DNA of 64,000 nt, from NCBI GenBank assembly GCA_977017645.1, contig OZ360242.1:46810001-46874000 (forward strand), in the 5' to 3' direction. Both the position numbers and the translations under genes were made by a program. Under the pieces are notes generated by a model, which was not told the DNA's origin, ran no database searches, and saw nothing but the letters and a program-made list of their open reading frames with translations. Shown here in pieces: positions 61,224 through 64,000 of the stretch (within the stretch, counting starts at the first letter, position 1; each line of letters opens with the position of its first letter). This DNA comes from Torpedo marmorata. Lineage: Eukaryota.

Positions 61224-61625
61224 ATGCAACTTGTAGCCCTGAGCTCGACCGAGCAGAGCGGCTCCGATCAACTCTCCTTCCACTCGAGTGCGAGGACCTA
61301 CCCTTTCAGAGGGCCAGAACCCTGCCCGGAGTTCAGAGCCGAGTCCGTCAGCGTGTCTGAACGCGAGGAGGACACCAACTGGATCTACTATCACAAACCC
61401 GTAACCGTCCTCGTCATTGGAGCTTTCGCCTTGCTGGCTGGTGTGATCCTCACCGCCCTTTACTTCATTCGCGTGGTTGAGGTCCCTTACGTCCTGGGGC
61501 CAGTTTGTCTCTCCATTGGATTGATGTTCGTGGTCACCGGACTGGTGTGGATCCCGATCGTTAAAGAAAAGATCCGACAGAACGGATTTGTAAGGAAGCT
61601 GCACGTCAGACACTCTGCCGCGTGA
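61224..61625 (+). CDS. PIRT: PIRT-family (phosphoinositide-interacting regulator of TRP channels) two-TM membrane protein, 133 aa, single coding exon
   Basis: Splice acceptor tgtttttgcAG at 61210-61211, ATG at 61224. RAESV, NW..Y.KP, TM1 (VLVIGAFALLAGVILTALY), GP..LSIGLM..V.GLVWIPIVK.K and a basic C-tail match recalled PIRT motifs. Ortholog versus paralog is unresolved. Confidence 0.85.
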   Translation: MQLVALSSTEQSGSDQLSFHSSARTYPFRGPEPCPEFRAESVSVSEREEDTNWIYYHKPVTVLVIGAFALLAGVILTALYFIRVVEVPYVLGPVCLSIGLMFVVTGLVWIPIVKEKIRQNGFVRKLHVRHSAA

Positions 61626-64000
61626 TGCATGCGCTTTCTTGGGTTTATCAGACACACATGGTTCAAACAGAACTTCTCCCTATATTGGGGTGTCGTGCCT
61701 TTCAATTCATAAGCCCCACTTCAGAGGATCATCAGAGTCATTACATACAAAGCCCTCCTGGCAATTGGCTGGGAGTTCCCAGTCTTTAACTTGTCAGTGA
61801 TCACCTCACAAACTATAGTCCATCGCTTTCGGGGTCATTGACTGTCTGAACCTTTGCCATGGACCCTAACCATGTCTGATCGAAAGACTTTGCATTAATG
61901 ACCACCATCCCTTCCCCCGAATCCCACACGCTCCTCGCGGTCCTGAATTAGAAAAAAACGAATCGGAAAATGTGATTTCAAAATTGTAGAATCTTTTTTT
62001 TTCTGGGTTTAGAAAACAAATGTACCTCTTCTGATGACCATGTGTCCACATTTGTTTTCCAGTAACGTTTCGGCTTTCCTTGAATAAGAATGTTAACTCC
62101 ATTCCTCTCTCTCCAAATTCTGCTTGACTTGCTGGGAATGTGCTGCCTTTCTCGTTTTTATTTCTTATTTCGATGTGGATGTGGATTTATGAAGGTGACT
62201 GTGGTGTTTAGCGAGAATGACAGACACCACTGTCCAACCCACCATCCATTGCTTGACTCTGGGAGAAAGTGACAGCTCTTAACACGAAGTTGCCTCTCAC
62301 GAATCACATTTTCCCCCTTTGAATCTCCAGTTCCACTGGACTTCAGTCCATAATAACACAGCCTTTATTTTACCGATTTAGCGGTCTCTCATTCTTCACT
62401 GATTTAATATATAATGAGAGGAGAATAACGATTGGGATACAGAGAATGAGAGAAGAGTTTAAAATTTTTAAAAATGAAACAGATTCATAGCATTTTTATA
62501 CAGCACGGAAACAAGCCCTTTGACCCATCATGTTCATGCCGACCATCGTGTTCCCGTTTATAATAATTCCCATTTACCAGCACTTGGTCCGCACCCTGGC
62601 GATTAAAATTGTCATTGCACTTGCCTTCACCACTATCCAGGTAGAAACTCTTTTATTATCCGGCTGCAATCTTTTGGTGTGTTCCCTAAAGTAATCACTG
62701 TGCGGTATCCATTTCCCTCTCTTTCTCTACAATATGCAGATGAATTTTATTCACAACGGTACTTAATAGATAAAATGTTTCCGATTTAAAACAGTCAACA
62801 TTAAATTTACAGCATAATATATTGCATGTTATCCAACATTAAATTAAATAGACGATGTTACGATTAAAATTTATTTTAAGAATTGCATTTTGATACACAA
62901 GGAGCAAACCTTTCTTTGCTCAGGGTTATCCTGGGATGTTTCAGGGGGGTTTGTAAGATAACAGCCTAAGTCTGAATCTATTCAAATATGTAACGTGGAA
63001 CGCATTTAATGAAAAAGTGACTAGATGTGTTAACCGTCAAGAGTACGACTTTTTAAACTGTTGGACGTGTAATCCTTTAATAAACAGAGGAGTTAATTTG
63101 ACAGAATATCTGCTTGCAAAGACATTTTCAATACTATCGGGGAACATTTATACAATCCCATAAATTCCTCTGCCTCGTGCCAAGATCGCTTTTGCAAATA
63201 GTTTATGTGCTACATTGTATACCGAGAGCACAGTGAGAAGTGATTGCTTTACCGAAAATAGACCATAATGGGAAACCCACAAATAAAAAAGGGCCAAGTC
63301 ATCGGCCGTTTTATTTCCCCATAAAATACGACACATCGCCGCATTTCCAATCATTTTAATAGTGTTCTTGAAACCTCTGCTAAAGACTGTATCACTTTAG
63401 TGCTTGAGGCCTGTCATCACAGGCGTTTGATGTTATACAAGATTTAAAAAAAACAGACTCTGATGCTGCCAGTTAGTGAGTTCATCGTAGATTGTTTTTC
63501 ATGTCATATTTAACACCATTGTAATATTGTTTTTGATTTAAAAAATCCACATTCAGCAGCAGTCTCGATGATAGAAGAAATAGATTACAGTCCCATAAAC
63601 AATTCATACCAGGACACGTGAGATTATTCTGTGAAAACGTTACTCTTCTAACTCACGATTCCTTTGGAGGGAATGATATTTTTATGTAAGATTCAGGAAA
63701 TGGATGTATCAGTTCGAGAACTGATCCACCACAAAGGATCTTCAGCATCCAGTCTGCGCACCCAGGTTGGTTTCCTCGCCACACCGTGTCGTGGGGTATA
63801 ATTGCAACAAAGCAGTGTTTTGGTTCATACACAAAAGTGCTGGAGAAACTCAGCATTTCCCGCAGCACGTTTGTAGATTAACCCCAATCTGCAGAATTTC
63901 TTGTTTCATTCCATAGAAGTATTTTTCGGTAACCAATATAGTACTGCGGACTCTGATGGTTGGAAATATTACCACCTACTCCAACCACCAGTGGCAGGTG

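Noticed and set aside
60777-61655. 292-aa minus-strand ORF
   Set aside because: Antisense shadow of the PIRT-like coding exon plus intron; no recognisable motifs.

Overview
Vertebrate (eukaryotic) genomic DNA, most likely a cartilaginous fish (inferred from the repeat content: V-SINE-like, CR1, Penelope-tail and Gmr1-type gypsy elements). 1-21946 is one giant 27-bp C-rich minisatellite (about 810 units, running off the left edge) with multi-kb higher-order duplications; its huge ORFs are most likely repeat artefacts. About 370 bp later a complete 9-exon RSL1D1 gene starts on the + strand (22319-47386, 521 aa as spliced by hand); exon 1 carries a 33-bp coding repeat that multiplies the start codon. 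Its introns hold a Penelope-like GIY-YIG fragment with hammerhead-ribozyme-like tails, SINEs, a nearly full-length decayed Gmr1-type gypsy LTR retrotransposon (PR-INT-RT-RH order, tRNA-Pro PBS) and a young 5'-truncated L1-clade LINE with a 15-bp TSD. Downstream are a TA-flanked MITE, two different L1-clade elements stacked at one target site (the same TSD three times), and a single-coding-exon PIRT-family gene (61224-61625). No prokaryotic features, CRISPR arrays, rRNA or tRNA genes were seen. All calls were made by eye; no searches were run.
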